Assembly (NCBI RefSeq): GCF_963921235.1 | Contig: NC_086097.1 | Coordinates: 36,892,001-36,956,000, forward strand | Direction of reading: 5' to 3' | Source: Mobula hypostoma | Lineage: Eukaryota | Length of the DNA stretch: 64,000 bases | Part shown: piece by piece, positions 36,017-46,960 of the stretch | Numbering within the stretch: position 1 is the first letter of the stretch | Layout of the letters: the number at the start of each line of letters is the position of its first letter | The notes under the pieces: generated by a model | The model's input: only the letters and a program-made list of their open reading frames with translations | Told to the model about the DNA's origin: nothing | Database searches by the model: none | Made by a program: the position numbers and the translations under genes

Positions 36017-36152
36017 CATAAACACGATAAAGTCTGCAGTTGCTGGAAATCCAAAGCAACACGCACACTACTAGAGGAACTCAGCAGGTATTATAGCATC
36101 TATGGAAATTAATAAACAGTCGACGTTTCAGGCCGAGACCCTTCATCAGGAC
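36017..36152 (-). mobile_element. PLE pLTR fragment nested in the Tc1 element
   Basis: AAACACGATAAAGTCTGCAGTTGCTGGAAATCC...GTCGACGTTTCAGGCCGAGACCCTTCATCAGGAC; imperfect flanking repeat ACATGGAA / ACGTGGAA. Confidence 0.8.
36118..36152 (-). ncRNA. Minimal type-I hammerhead ribozyme motif (PLE-associated), best-preserved core
   Basis: Minus strand GTC CTGATGA A GGGT CTCG GCCT GAAA CG TC GAC(T): core CUGAUGA / GAAA / UC, stem II with a 4-nt loop, stem I GUC/GAC, palindromic ACGU in place of stem III. Confidence 0.7.
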
Positions 36153-36237
36153 GTGGAATGTTTGTAGGTGCCAGACACGCTGGTTTGAGTATCTCACAAA
36201 CTGCTGATCTGGGAATTTCACACACCAATCTCTAGAG

Positions 36238-36317
36238 CAAGGGTTCCCAATCTTTTTTTATGTTATGAAGCCTTACCATTAACTGAGGGGTCCTGGACCC
36301 CAAATTGGGAAACCCTG
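36238..36317. mobile_element. hAT/Charlie-like 80-bp MITE
   Basis: TIRs CAAGGGTTCCCAAT / ATTGGGAAACCCTG; 8-bp imperfect TSD CTCTAGAG / ATCTAGAT. Confidence 0.75.
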
Positions 36318-36814
36318 ATCTAGATTTTATACAGTATGTTGTGAAAAACAAAAAAGAACATCCAATCAGTGGTAGCTCTCTGGGCTAAAATGCCTTATTA
36401 ATGAGAGAGGTCAGAGGAGAATGGTCAGACTTGTTTAAGCAACAATAATTCAAATAATCACACATTGCAACAGTGGTGTGCAGAAGAGCATCTCTGAATG
36501 CACAACATGTTGATCCTTGAAGTGGATGGGCTACAGAAACAGAAGACCACGAACATACACTCGGTCATCACTTTATTAGATACAGGAGGTTGGATCCATG
36601 GTAAAACAAATTTAGGTATTTTTAAAATACTAAATTTGATTCTTGTCATTTTTAATATAGCTTAGTGAATTGGAAGGAGCAGAAAGCAAACCATCTGCAA
36701 GCTTACGTAATTATAAAATGGGTTTTAAATGAGGAGCTTCTTACATCATTTTAAGAAAAGGCCCACCCTCAGTTCCTCAAGGGGAACTCAGATTTGGCAG
36801 TAATGGGATAGAGT

Positions 36815-37055
36815 AAACATAAGGGATTCTGCAGATGCTGGAAATCCAGAGAAACACACACAAAATGTTGGAGAAACTGAGATCAGGCAGTATCTATGGA
36901 GAGGAATAAACCGTTGACACTTCAGGCCAAGATTCTTCATCAGGACCAGAAGGGAAAGGGGCTGAAGCCAGAATAAGAAGGTTCGGGGAAAGGAAGGAGT
37001 ACAAGCTGGCAGGTGATAGGCGAAGCCAGGTGAGGCGGTAAGGTGAGAGGGATAG
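36815..37055 (-). mobile_element. PLE 3'/pLTR fragment with decayed hammerhead motif
   Basis: GATTCTGCAGATGCTGGAAATCC...CTTCATCAGGAC...AGCCAGAATAAGAAGG, homologous to 42200-42375. Confidence 0.75.
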
Positions 37056-38915
37056 AGAATTAATTCAGTAGCTAACATGCTCTAGGGTCACATCAATGCA
37101 TTGTTCTCTGGCAACAAGCTTTCCAAACAGCATAATCTTGAAATTTCTTCACACATCATAAGTTTACAGAAGAGTAGTATAAAGGAGACTGGAAGATTAA
37201 AACATAAATGAAGCATCTAGACAAGAGTGAAAATTAATCCAATTTCAGAGGTACATATGAACATCTGGTATACATCCATCACTGACAATTAACCATGGAC
37301 ATATCTGCTAGAAATTTAACAATATTGATAACTAATCAATTCACTTTCCCATAGGCAGCGCTTCTCTTATCAGCATCAGCAAAACAATATGTGAACCTAT
37401 CCAAACAGAAGGACTCGAAGTGGTGGCGCCTAAGCAATAACCAAAAATGACAGCATAGTAAGTTTTTATTTCATTACGTCTCCCTTGTTCCCACTTGGAA
37501 TATGATGTTAAACACTCCACTAGCACAGTGCATTTGTGGAGACCCTTCTGAACTTAGTTGTGAGGTGGGTGAATTTGGCGTCTGCTGTATACCATCTTAC
37601 CTCTGAAGATCCTTGAGAATATATCGTGGCTGACATATTTTAGCAATCTAGAAAACTGGGAGATTTAGAGCACAGGAAGCAATGCAAAATGTCTTATGAC
37701 AGTCTAATAGCATGCTGCATATGAGCGATAATCTCAGCAGCACGCCACCAAAGCATGAAAGGAAAGGAAAGAGGAAATGTCACCTGAAAAACGTTATTCA
37801 CTATGTAATCACATAAAAATGCTCACTCCCATTTCCCGTGGTCTCATCCCATCACCACAGACAGGACTGGAACGTTGGAGCCAAATCAAAAAGAGTCAAT
37901 CCCTTTTGATGTAGCACCTCTGAGAGTGAAGCTAAGCAAATAGAATCAAGCTCCAAATATTCTTGAGGTGATCAGGGCAGTGATGCAATGAGAGTTCTAT
38001 CCAGCCCATGGTCTGTTCTCCTGAGGGTCTTCTTGCTCTGCTGAGGAAAAGGGTGTTTTCAGTTCTGCACGCTGCATTTCATAACAGTGATGCCGAATAT
38101 TTTGGTTGAAGTGTCTGACCAGAGCTGGGTTACATCTGACTTTCTGCTGTGCAGCAGATCTGTGAGACTTTAATGAGCTACATCTGTTACATGTGTTCTT
38201 CATTTCAACAGCTGGGGCAATTTGCCGAACGCTCTTCTAGTCCATATTTACTTTTGTTTTGCGATTTTAATATTACTTTTTTTTTAAAGAAATACATCTT
38301 CGTTGGCATTCAGCAGATTGAAGCCTTGAAAATGTTCAAGTAGATGAAACGAGGAGCCCACCGTTCGGTTGCATAACGGGGGCAGAGCATTTCAAGTGGC
38401 CGCAAGTTAGCCAGCACATATTCTGTGCCAACCCTGGTCCGTGGAGCCCAAGGAGACCAGCTTTAAGCCCCTTGTCAAAATGAGATTCCAGTGAGGAGCC
38501 GGGCTTTCTCTGTGCAGGATTCTGCAGGAAAAGTTGGTCTGCGATCAATGGAACTTAAAACAGGAATGTTCCCTCACTTCCTTCTTCATCACTCAGTTAC
38601 TTTTCTTTCCTCCTTCCTCCACCACTATTGTCTCTACAACTCACTCCAGAACCTTCCTTCCACCCCAACCAGGACCTTCACCTCAAGGTGAGCAACCTTT
38701 GGGATAACATGAGCAATTCCTCGGATGGAACCCAGTGGCAATTTCTACTGATCTTCAGGCCTCTGGGATAAGTTACAGACTATCCTCCCATACTGTGATT
38801 TACAACAAACAACCTTTGTGAAATTCCGTTGTTCCTTGTTTCTACAGTAGGTCTTCCCTTCAAACACTTATACACCATTAGATTTGGCTTGATCACATCC
38901 CTAAAGACGTTAGAG

Positions 38916-38994
38916 CAGGGGTCCCAACTTGGGAACCATAGACCCCTTGCTTAATGGTATTGATCCATGGCATAAAAAAGGTTGGGAACCCTTG
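38916..38994. mobile_element. hAT/Charlie-like 79-bp MITE
   Basis: TIRs CAGGGGTCCCAAC / GTTGGGAACCCTTG; 8-bp TSD CGTTAGAG / CATTAGAG. Confidence 0.8.
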
Positions 38995-39114
38995 CATTAG
39001 AGTTTCATTGGTGCTGATGGATTAGCATGCCGGGTATCACCCCCCCCCCACTTCCCTCTCCCCAACACATTGAAGTCTCTACTGTTATTGATGTCCACGA
39101 CAGCTGTACTGTAT

Positions 39115-41225
39115 GAGACCATAAGACATAGGAGCAGAATTAGGCCATCTGGCCCATCGAGTCTGCTCCATCATTTGATCATGGCTGATCCATTTCCCTC
39201 TCAACCCATTCTCCTCCCTTCTCCCCATAACCTTTCATTCACTGACTTATAAAATATCTATCAACCTCCACGTTAAACGTTCTATTTGGTGGTATGCTGG
39301 AGCAATGGCATCAACACGGGTGATGCCAACTGGCTCAATAAACTGATTAGAAAGGCTGGCCTTATTTTCGGTGTCAAACTGGACACACTGGAGGCTGTGG
39401 CAGAACAAAGGACCTGATGGAAAATCCTGGCAATTCTGGACAATGTTTCTCACTCTCTGCATGCCACCTTGGCTGAACAGAGGAGTACTTTTAGAAATAG
39501 ACTAAGACAACTGTACTGCACCAAAAAGCACTATATAAGGTCATTCTTACCCTCGGCCATTGGGCTCTATAATGAGTCAATCTATAGCCAGGGAAGTGTT
39601 GACCCCCTCCTGTCAGACCGTTAGAGAAAACTTTTTTTTTATTCTTTCACACTTTGCTTCTAATATTTGTATATTTATATATCTGTGTGTTTGTAATGCT
39701 ACTGTGACACTGTAATTTCCTTTGAAATCAATAAAGTATCTATCTATCTATAATGATGTGGCCTCCACAGATTCACTACTCTTTGGCTAAAGAAACTTCT
39801 CCTCATCTCCATTCTAAATGGATGTCCCTCTATTCTGAGGTTGTATCCTCTGGTCCTAGACTCCCTCACCTGTCCACATCACTCGATCTAGACCTTTCAA
39901 CATTCCATAGGTTTCAATGAGAGACACCCACCCATTCTTGTAAATTCCAGCTAGTACAGCTCCAGAGCCAACAAATGATCCTCATATGATAAGCCTTTTA
40001 ATCCCAGAATCATTTTCATGAAACTCCTTTGAACTCTCTCCAATATCAGAATATCCTTTCTTAGATAAGGGATCCAAAACTGCTCACAATGTGCCTTATA
40101 AAGCCTTAGCATTACATCCTTGTTTTCATATTCTCGTCCTCTCAAAATGAATGATAACATTGCATTTGCTTTCCTCAACATCAACTCAACCTGTTCCCTA
40201 ACCCTTAGGGAATCCTGCACGAGGACTCCCAAGATCCTTTGCACCTCAGATTTTTTTAAATTTTCTCCTGGTTTAGAAAATTGCCTATGTTTTTATTTTT
40301 TCTGCCAAAGTACATGACCATACACACCTGACATTGTGCTCCATCTGCCACTTCTTTGTCCATTCTCCTAGACTGTCTAAATCCTTCTGCAGATACCCTG
40401 CTTCCTCAACACTACCTGCCCCTCCACCCACCATCGTATTGCCACAAACATAGTTACAAAGCCATCACTTACATCATCCAAATCAATGACCTACAACATT
40501 AAAATTAGTCCTAACTCCAACCCCTGTGAAGCACCCCTGGACACTGGCAGCCAACCCAGAAAGGGCTTCCTTTATTCCCACTCTTTGTCTCCTACCAATC
40601 AATATACTTTATCCATGCTAGTATCTTTCCTGAATACCATAGGTTCTTAACTTGCTAAGCAGCCTCATGTGCGGCACCTTATCAATGGCCTTCTGAACAT
40701 CCAAGTCCACAACCTTCACTGATTCTCCTTTGTCTGTGTTACTTGTTATTTCCTCACAGAACTTCAGAAAATTTCTCAGGCAAGATTTTCCCTGAAGAAA
40801 ACCATACTGACTTTGGCTGATTTTATCACATGCCTCCAAGTACCCTGAAACCACTTCCTTAACAGTTGACTCCAACATCTGCCCAACCACTGAGGTCTAG
40901 TTAACTGGCCCATAATTTCCTTTCTTCTGCCTCCCTCCCTTCTTGAAAAAACTGGAGTGATATTTGCAATTTTCTAGTATGCCAAAACCATGCCAGAAAG
41001 TAGTGATTCTTGAAAGATCATTACTAGTGCCTCCACAATCTCTTCAGCTACCACTTTTAGAAACCTGGGGTGTACACCATCTGATCCAGATGACTTATCT
41101 TTCATCTTCAGACCTGTCAGCTTCCCAAACACCTTCTCCCTAGTAATAGCAACTGCACTCACTTCTGCCCCCTGACACTCTCAAACCTCTGGCACACTGC
41201 ACAGGGAAGAATGATGCAAAATACA
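39115..41225 (-). mobile_element. Degenerate CR1 3' half, interrupted by a Rex1 fragment
   Basis: GSDGVHPRFLK, QYGFLQGKSCL, DVQKAIDKVPH; the 3' UTR AGACCATAAGACATAGGAGCAGAATTAGGCC matches that at ~19915. Confidence 0.88.
39277..39750 (+). mobile_element. Rex1-type 3' fragment nested in CR1
   Basis: Encodes WSNGINTGDANWLNKLIRKAG...RSFLPSAIGLYN; ends AATAAAGTATCTATCTATCTA. Confidence 0.8.
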
Positions 41226-42199
41226 TTAATTTCTGTTAGAGTATATTCTGGACAGGATGCACTCAGGGTCCGTAAATTTAAAGCGGTTTTTACTGATGTT
41301 TCTACAGAATGATTGGTTGTCACCATTGTGGAAGAGGGAAAAAAAATTAGTAAAAATCAGAGTAGCAATCAAAAGCAAATGTTAATTAACATTGTCTGGT
41401 GTGTGGTTGCAAAGAAGGAGGTGTGAAAATTATACAGTATGTAATTCAAAGGTAGCATTGTTGATACATGGCAAATATGGAATAGTCGTTTGATCTTTAG
41501 CATATAAAATGTCCTGTAATGTTGGGTTGAACAGGTCTCTCACTCCAAAAGGATTTCAATATCTTGTTGAATAAAAGACTACTTCATATCGATCAGCTAC
41601 TTCTCTTCTGTGACTTTGTTCACAATTCAATAAGTTGGTCCGCTATTTCCTTGTCCATCAATTCTACCTCTCCCACGCATTTTCTAATGATATCCAATAC
41701 AAGCTCTCACTCACATTGGCTAATAATACCAACATTATAGGTTCACAAACTGAGTGAAATCAGGCTAAGGGACCAGTATGTACCAACAGTCAGCTGAAAG
41801 AAACACTGAAGTTGTTTGTATTTAATTTTCGTATTGGTGGAATTTGTTGTACTTGGGTGAGATGAGATGTAGGACACAATTCTGCAAAAGCTGGATTGTG
41901 ATACTTATAATAGGACCACCAGCATTACTAAACAGAAAACAGCAGCACATCTTGGTAGACACTGACAATGCATTTGTCCCGCAAGAGATATAATTAAACC
42001 AAAAGACGGCAGCAAAGTAAAATCAATTACAAAGTGAAGAGCCCATTTTCGTCAACAGTCCCAAATGGCCTTGATTGTCCAGTGAGACCTAGTATTGATT
42101 AGCATACCTTGACCAACAATACTTGATGACCCTTATACCTGTAAACTGCCCAGGCACATCAGTCATCCTATTCACAGCAGACCAGCAGGAATACACAGA

Positions 42200-44150
42200 T
42201 ATGGGAGATTCTGCAGAATTTGGAAATCTTGAGGCAATGCACACACACAAAGTGCTGGAGGAACTCAGCAAGTCAGGCAACATCAATGGAGGGGAATGTT
42301 TTGAGCTGAGACACTTCATTAGAAGCCAGAATAAGATGGTGGGGCGAGGAGAGGAATACAAGCTGACAGGTGATTGCTGAAAAGGGGATGTGGAGAAGGT
42401 GAGTGGTTGGGGGGGGAAGGTGAGTGGTTGGGGGGGGAAGGTGAGTGGTTGGGGGGAGAAGGTGAGTGGTTGGGGAGAAGGTGAGTGGTTGAGGGGGGAA
42501 GGTGAGTGGTTGAGGGGGGAAGGTGAGTGGTTGAGGGGGGGAAGGTGAGTGGTGGGGGGGAAGGTGAGTGGTTGGGGGGAAGGTGAGTGGTTGGGGGGGA
42601 AGGTGAGTGGTTGGGGGGGAAGGTGAGTGGTTGGGGGGGAAGGTGAGTGGTTGGGGGGAAGGTGAGTGGTTGAGGGGGGAAGGTGAGTGGTTGGGGAGAA
42701 GGTGAGTGGTTGAGGGGGGAAGGTGAGTGGTTGGGGAGAAGGTGAGTGGTTGAGGGGGAAGGTGAGTGGTTGAGGGGGAAGGTGAGTGGTTGAGGGGGGA
42801 AGGTGAGTGGTTGGGGAGAAGGTGAGTGGTTGAGGGGGGAAGGTGAGTGGTTGGGGAGAAGGTGAGTGGTTGAGGGGGGAAGGTGAGTGGTTGAGGGGGG
42901 AAGGTGAGTGGTTGAGGGGGGAAGGTGAGTGGTTGAGGGGGGAAGATGAGTGGTTAAGGGGGAAGGTGAGTGGTTGAGGGGGGGAAGGTGAGTGGTTGAG
43001 GGGGAAGGTGAGTGGTTGGGGGGGTTGGTGAGTGGTTGATGGGGGGGAAGGTGAGTGGTTGAGGGGGGAAGGTGAGTGGTTGATGGGGGGAAGGTGAGTG
43101 GTTGATAGGGGATGGTTGGAGGGGAAGGTGAGTGGTTGATAGGGGATGGTTGGAGGGGAAGGTGAGTGGTTGATAGGGGATGGTTGGAGGGGAAGGTGAG
43201 TGGTTGAGGGGGGAAGGTGAGTGGTTGAGGGGGAAGGTGAGTGGTTGGGGGGAAGGTAAGTGGTTGGGGGGGAGGTGAGTGGTTGGAGGGGTGGTGAGTG
43301 GTTGATGGGGGAAGGTGAGTGGTTGGGGGGAGGTGTGTGTTTGAGGGGGGAAGGTGAGTGGTTGGGGGGAGGTGAGTGGTTGGGGGGGAGGTGAGTGGTT
43401 GAGAGGGGAAGGTGAGTGGTTGAGGGGGGAAGGTGAGTGGTTGATGGGGGATGGTTGGAGGGGAAGGTGAGTGGTTGGAGGGGAAGGTGAGTGGTTGACG
43501 GGGGAGGTGAGTGGTTGACGGGGGAGGTGAGTGGTTGACGGGGGAGGTGAGTGGTTGAGGGGGGAAGGTGAGTGGTTGAGAGGGGAAGGTGAGTGGTTGA
43601 CGGGGGAGGTGAGTGGTTGAGAGGGGAAGGTGAGTGGTTGAGAGGGGAAGGTGAGTGGTTGACGGGGGAGGTGAGTGGTTGAGAGGGGAAGGTGAGTGGT
43701 TGATGGGGGAAGATGAGTGGTTGAGGGGGGAAAGTGAGTGGTTGAGGGGGGGAAGGTGAGTGATGCGGGGGGGAATGATGTTTGAAGCTGGGAACTGATA
43801 AGTGGAAGTGGTCAGAGGAAGGAATCCAATAGGAGAGAACAGTGGACCATGGAATAAAGGGAGGTAGATGGGGAACCAGAGGGAGGTGACAGACATGTCA
43901 TTAGGGCCGGGAAGAAGAGAAGGGGTGAGAGGAGAACCCGAATGGGGAATGGAAATAGAAGGAGGGTGAGGGGAGGAAAAAACAGAGGGGAGCGATTACC
44001 GGAAGTTAGAAAAATCAATGTTCATGCCATGTTGGAGGCGACCCAGACCGAATATGAAGTGCTGCTCCTCTAACTGAGTTTGATGACATCATGGCAGTGG
44101 AGGAGGCTGGGAAGTCAAATTGAAATAGGTGGCCACTGCAAGATCCTAAC
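42200..44150 (-). mobile_element. Penelope-like element 3' part (GIY-YIG C-terminus remnant + pLTR) containing an expanded minisatellite
   Basis: Minus strand of ~43995-44075 reads LEEQHFIFGLGRLQHGMNIDFSNFR*, the typical PLE ORF end; pLTR terminus at 42200-42320. Confidence 0.8.
42395..43761. repeat. G-rich minisatellite, ~20-23-bp unit GGAAGGTGAGTGGTTG(A)GGGG, roughly 60 copies
   Basis: Directly visible tandem array with clustered unit variants. Confidence 0.98.
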
Positions 44151-45129
44151 TGTTTGGGTCTGCTGTTGGAAAATTCAGAAGCACACAAAACCCAAGGTGT
44201 CCTGCCCTACTAAATCAGCCTTGTATGTTCAGAAAAAGGGCCCAGAGGGGCCACAGTAAAGTTTAGGGCTGGGGGAAGCAGGGGTTGAATCATCAGTTGC
44301 AAAGTGGGATGAAAACATTGGAAAATTGGATTGGATTAGTAACAGATGTGTTGTTGGTCTATGGTAGTGTGGACTACTGAGGAAATGCAGTGGTCAGTGG
44401 TAATATCACTAAAATAGGGGAATGCTGAATGGAGATCTATGATTTGGGGCGTAGGTTTAAGTACAGATGTCATAATTCAGACATACAGAATAGACATTCA
44501 AAATTTGGTTAAAATTACTATAGAATTACATGAATATGTGGAAATAAATATTGAACGAGCCTTTTCCACTTCAAATCATCAAGTAAGTATCTGATAATAT
44601 TATTCTATGTAACTAAATCCAAGCAGCATACCTATATCCATTGTCTTTATTTGAAACTCAGATTATCAATTCCATTACAAATTACCCTACATGCACTTCG
44701 TAAATGGTTCTGAGAAAGCTGTCATTCAATCAGAAATCAGCAGAGTGGTCATTGTGGTTTGTGCCCAAGGTTCAGTTCTTTAACTAAAGGCAATCACATT
44801 GCCTTCCCTAAATGATCAGCCTCAAATGTTACCATTAATACCAACAAAGCCAATTGGTCCCAATATAGTCCTTTTCCCCGTGGCATGAGCTCCAGCTGAA
44901 AAGGCTTTCTCTTTGTCTGATCACTCAGCAACAGCTAATCAGTGCATGCTTCCCAGGGTCAAATTGGCTGACGATGTTCTTGTGTCTGAGAAAACAACTC
45001 ACCAAAACCACCTTCCATCTTCTTATCTGTTCAACCAAAGTGCAGCAGTCAGTGAAGTTAATTTTAAAACCTTGTTAGCTATTCAAGGATCATACGAAAA
45101 AAATCGGCCAATGAATTTAAGCACAGAGA

Positions 45130-46345
45130 TACAATAGCAACAATGGTCTAACAATGGATAACTGGAGAAATTAAAGGTAGCTTTAAACCTGAAGAAAAGA
45201 CTAATAGTGTTACTAGGAAAAGCAATAAATCTGGGAGTATTGAAGTACTTAGTAAATTTGATCATGAAAGCTTTCTTTAGAAAGGGAAAGTAGAGTACAA
45301 GAGTAAGCCAGTGAGGAACAAATAACTTGATTAAAGAATTTCTCTAGGTAGGTAAAAAGGATAAGATTACAAGACCCAAGTATAAGGTCTGTTAGTGAGA
45401 ACGATAGAACCATTTATAATGTGGAATGAGGGAGTGACAGGAGCACTGCAGCAACACACTGAGACCCCTTAGACAGTACCTTTCAAACCCACAATCTCAA
45501 CCAGCTAGAAGGTCAAGACAAAAAGTATAGGAAAAAACACCACCTAGAATTTGCTCTCAAGACATACATCATCCTGACTTGGCATTATATCAGTGTTCAT
45601 TCCCTGTTGTGGGGTCAGAAACCTGGAGCCCTCTCCCTGACTGCGTTGTGGTGATATCCATCCCTCAAGGACGGCAGCTCACCGCCACCTTATCAAGGGC
45701 AGCCAGGGATGGGCAGTTGAATGCTAGCTCGGCCTGCGAAGGCACATCTCTTGAATGAATTTATGAAAAAGACCTCGGTGCCTGGTGTCATGGAAGAAAA
45801 CACACAAAAAAACTGTCTGGTGTACAATTATGTTCCTTCTATAAAAATACTTGTCTTGGAGAGGAGGAGGAGGAGGAGGAGGAGAGAGTTATTAGACTGG
45901 TTCCTGAAATGAGAGGTCTGCCAAAGGGGGCGTGATTGAAAGGACCGGGAATCAATTCTGTACAGTTTGAAACAATGAAAGTGGCTTCACTAAATATTCA
46001 AGATACTAAGAGGGCTTTATGGAGTAGATATGTAGAAGATATCCCTGAGGAGTCTAGAGCTATGGGTTACGGTCTCAAAATAAGGTGTTGGGTATTAAGG
46101 AATGAATGAAGAAATATTACCTCAGCTTAAGGGTGGTAGACCTTTGGAAATTTTACCCCAGAGGCTCAGTCGTTGATCACATTCAGAAGTGAAATAGCAT
46201 TTTGTATATTAAATGAGTCAAGGGATATAGGTATAACACAGGAAGATGGCATTGGGATAAAAATTCCGACATGGTCTGGTTGAATGGTGCAACAATCCCA
46301 AGGGGCCAAATAGCCTTCTCCTTCTGCTATCTCTTGTATCCTGTT
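45130..46345 (+). mobile_element. Cluster of very degenerate CR1-group LINE fragments with a short (GGA)n tract
   Basis: CR1-like 3' UTR remnants (GGTTGAATGGTGC...GGGCCAAATAGCCTTCTCCT) at ~46270-46345; second LINE tail at 45470-45760; (GGA)n at ~45863-45883. Confidence 0.55.
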
Positions 46346-46559
46346 CTTACGCTCTGACCATTGAACAAACTAAAGAAAAAGGATTTTTCTGATTGGGGTT
46401 GCCTGGCAACGGGGCCCGCTGGGCTGAAAGGGCCTGTTCCATGCTGTATCTCTACATAAATAAGCAATAAGGCAAACATTGGAACAGAACAGTTTATAAA
46501 TTACAAACCACTGTTGCCTTGTCTCACTTGTTAAGGGTGCTTCAGTGATGTAGCTGGGT

Positions 46560-46960
46560 GAAAGGCTGGAGTGCATGTGGTTAAGAGGGACATGATTGAC
46601 GGGAGGTACATAAAATCATAAGAGTACAGATACAACAGACGGCAGAAAACTATTTTCAGTATCTGAAGCAAGGGATAGAGGGCAACAATTTAGGACAAGG
46701 GGGAAACATTTAGAGGGGATCATATAGGGACTTTTTTCACTCGGAGCATGGTGAATACCTGGAATACCCCACATGAGAGAGTGGTGGAAGCAGAGATGCT
46801 GACAGCATTTAAAAAAATATCTTTGGGAGCACTTCAATCACCTCAGCATAGAAGACTATAGGGCAAACTCTAGAAGATGGTATTATTTGCAAATGGATGC
46901 CCTCTGGTCAGCATGGATAAAATGCGTTCTCATGCGGTCTGTCTCTGCGACTCTGCTACA
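46560..46960 (+). mobile_element. Degenerate CR1 3' end
   Basis: GGTTAAGAGGGACATGAT...GAGGTACATAAAATCATAAGA...GAGAGTGGTGGAAGCAGA...CATTTAA follows the CR1 3' end pattern. Confidence 0.6.

Larger units (their letters stand above)
35835..36590 (+). mobile_element. Tc1/mariner-derived non-autonomous element with nested PLE and hAT MITE
   Basis: TIR ACTCAGTGGCCACTTTATTAGGTA at 35836, second degenerate TIR copy at ~36556-36585; internal sequence matches 49126-49345 plus 53578-53904. Confidence 0.8.

Noticed and set aside
42319..43896. 525-aa Pro/Thr/His-rich ORF resembling an extensin or mucin
   Set aside because: It is the C-rich strand of the minisatellite, which lacks stops by composition; the peptide phase drifts with unit length and the flanks are PLE UTR.
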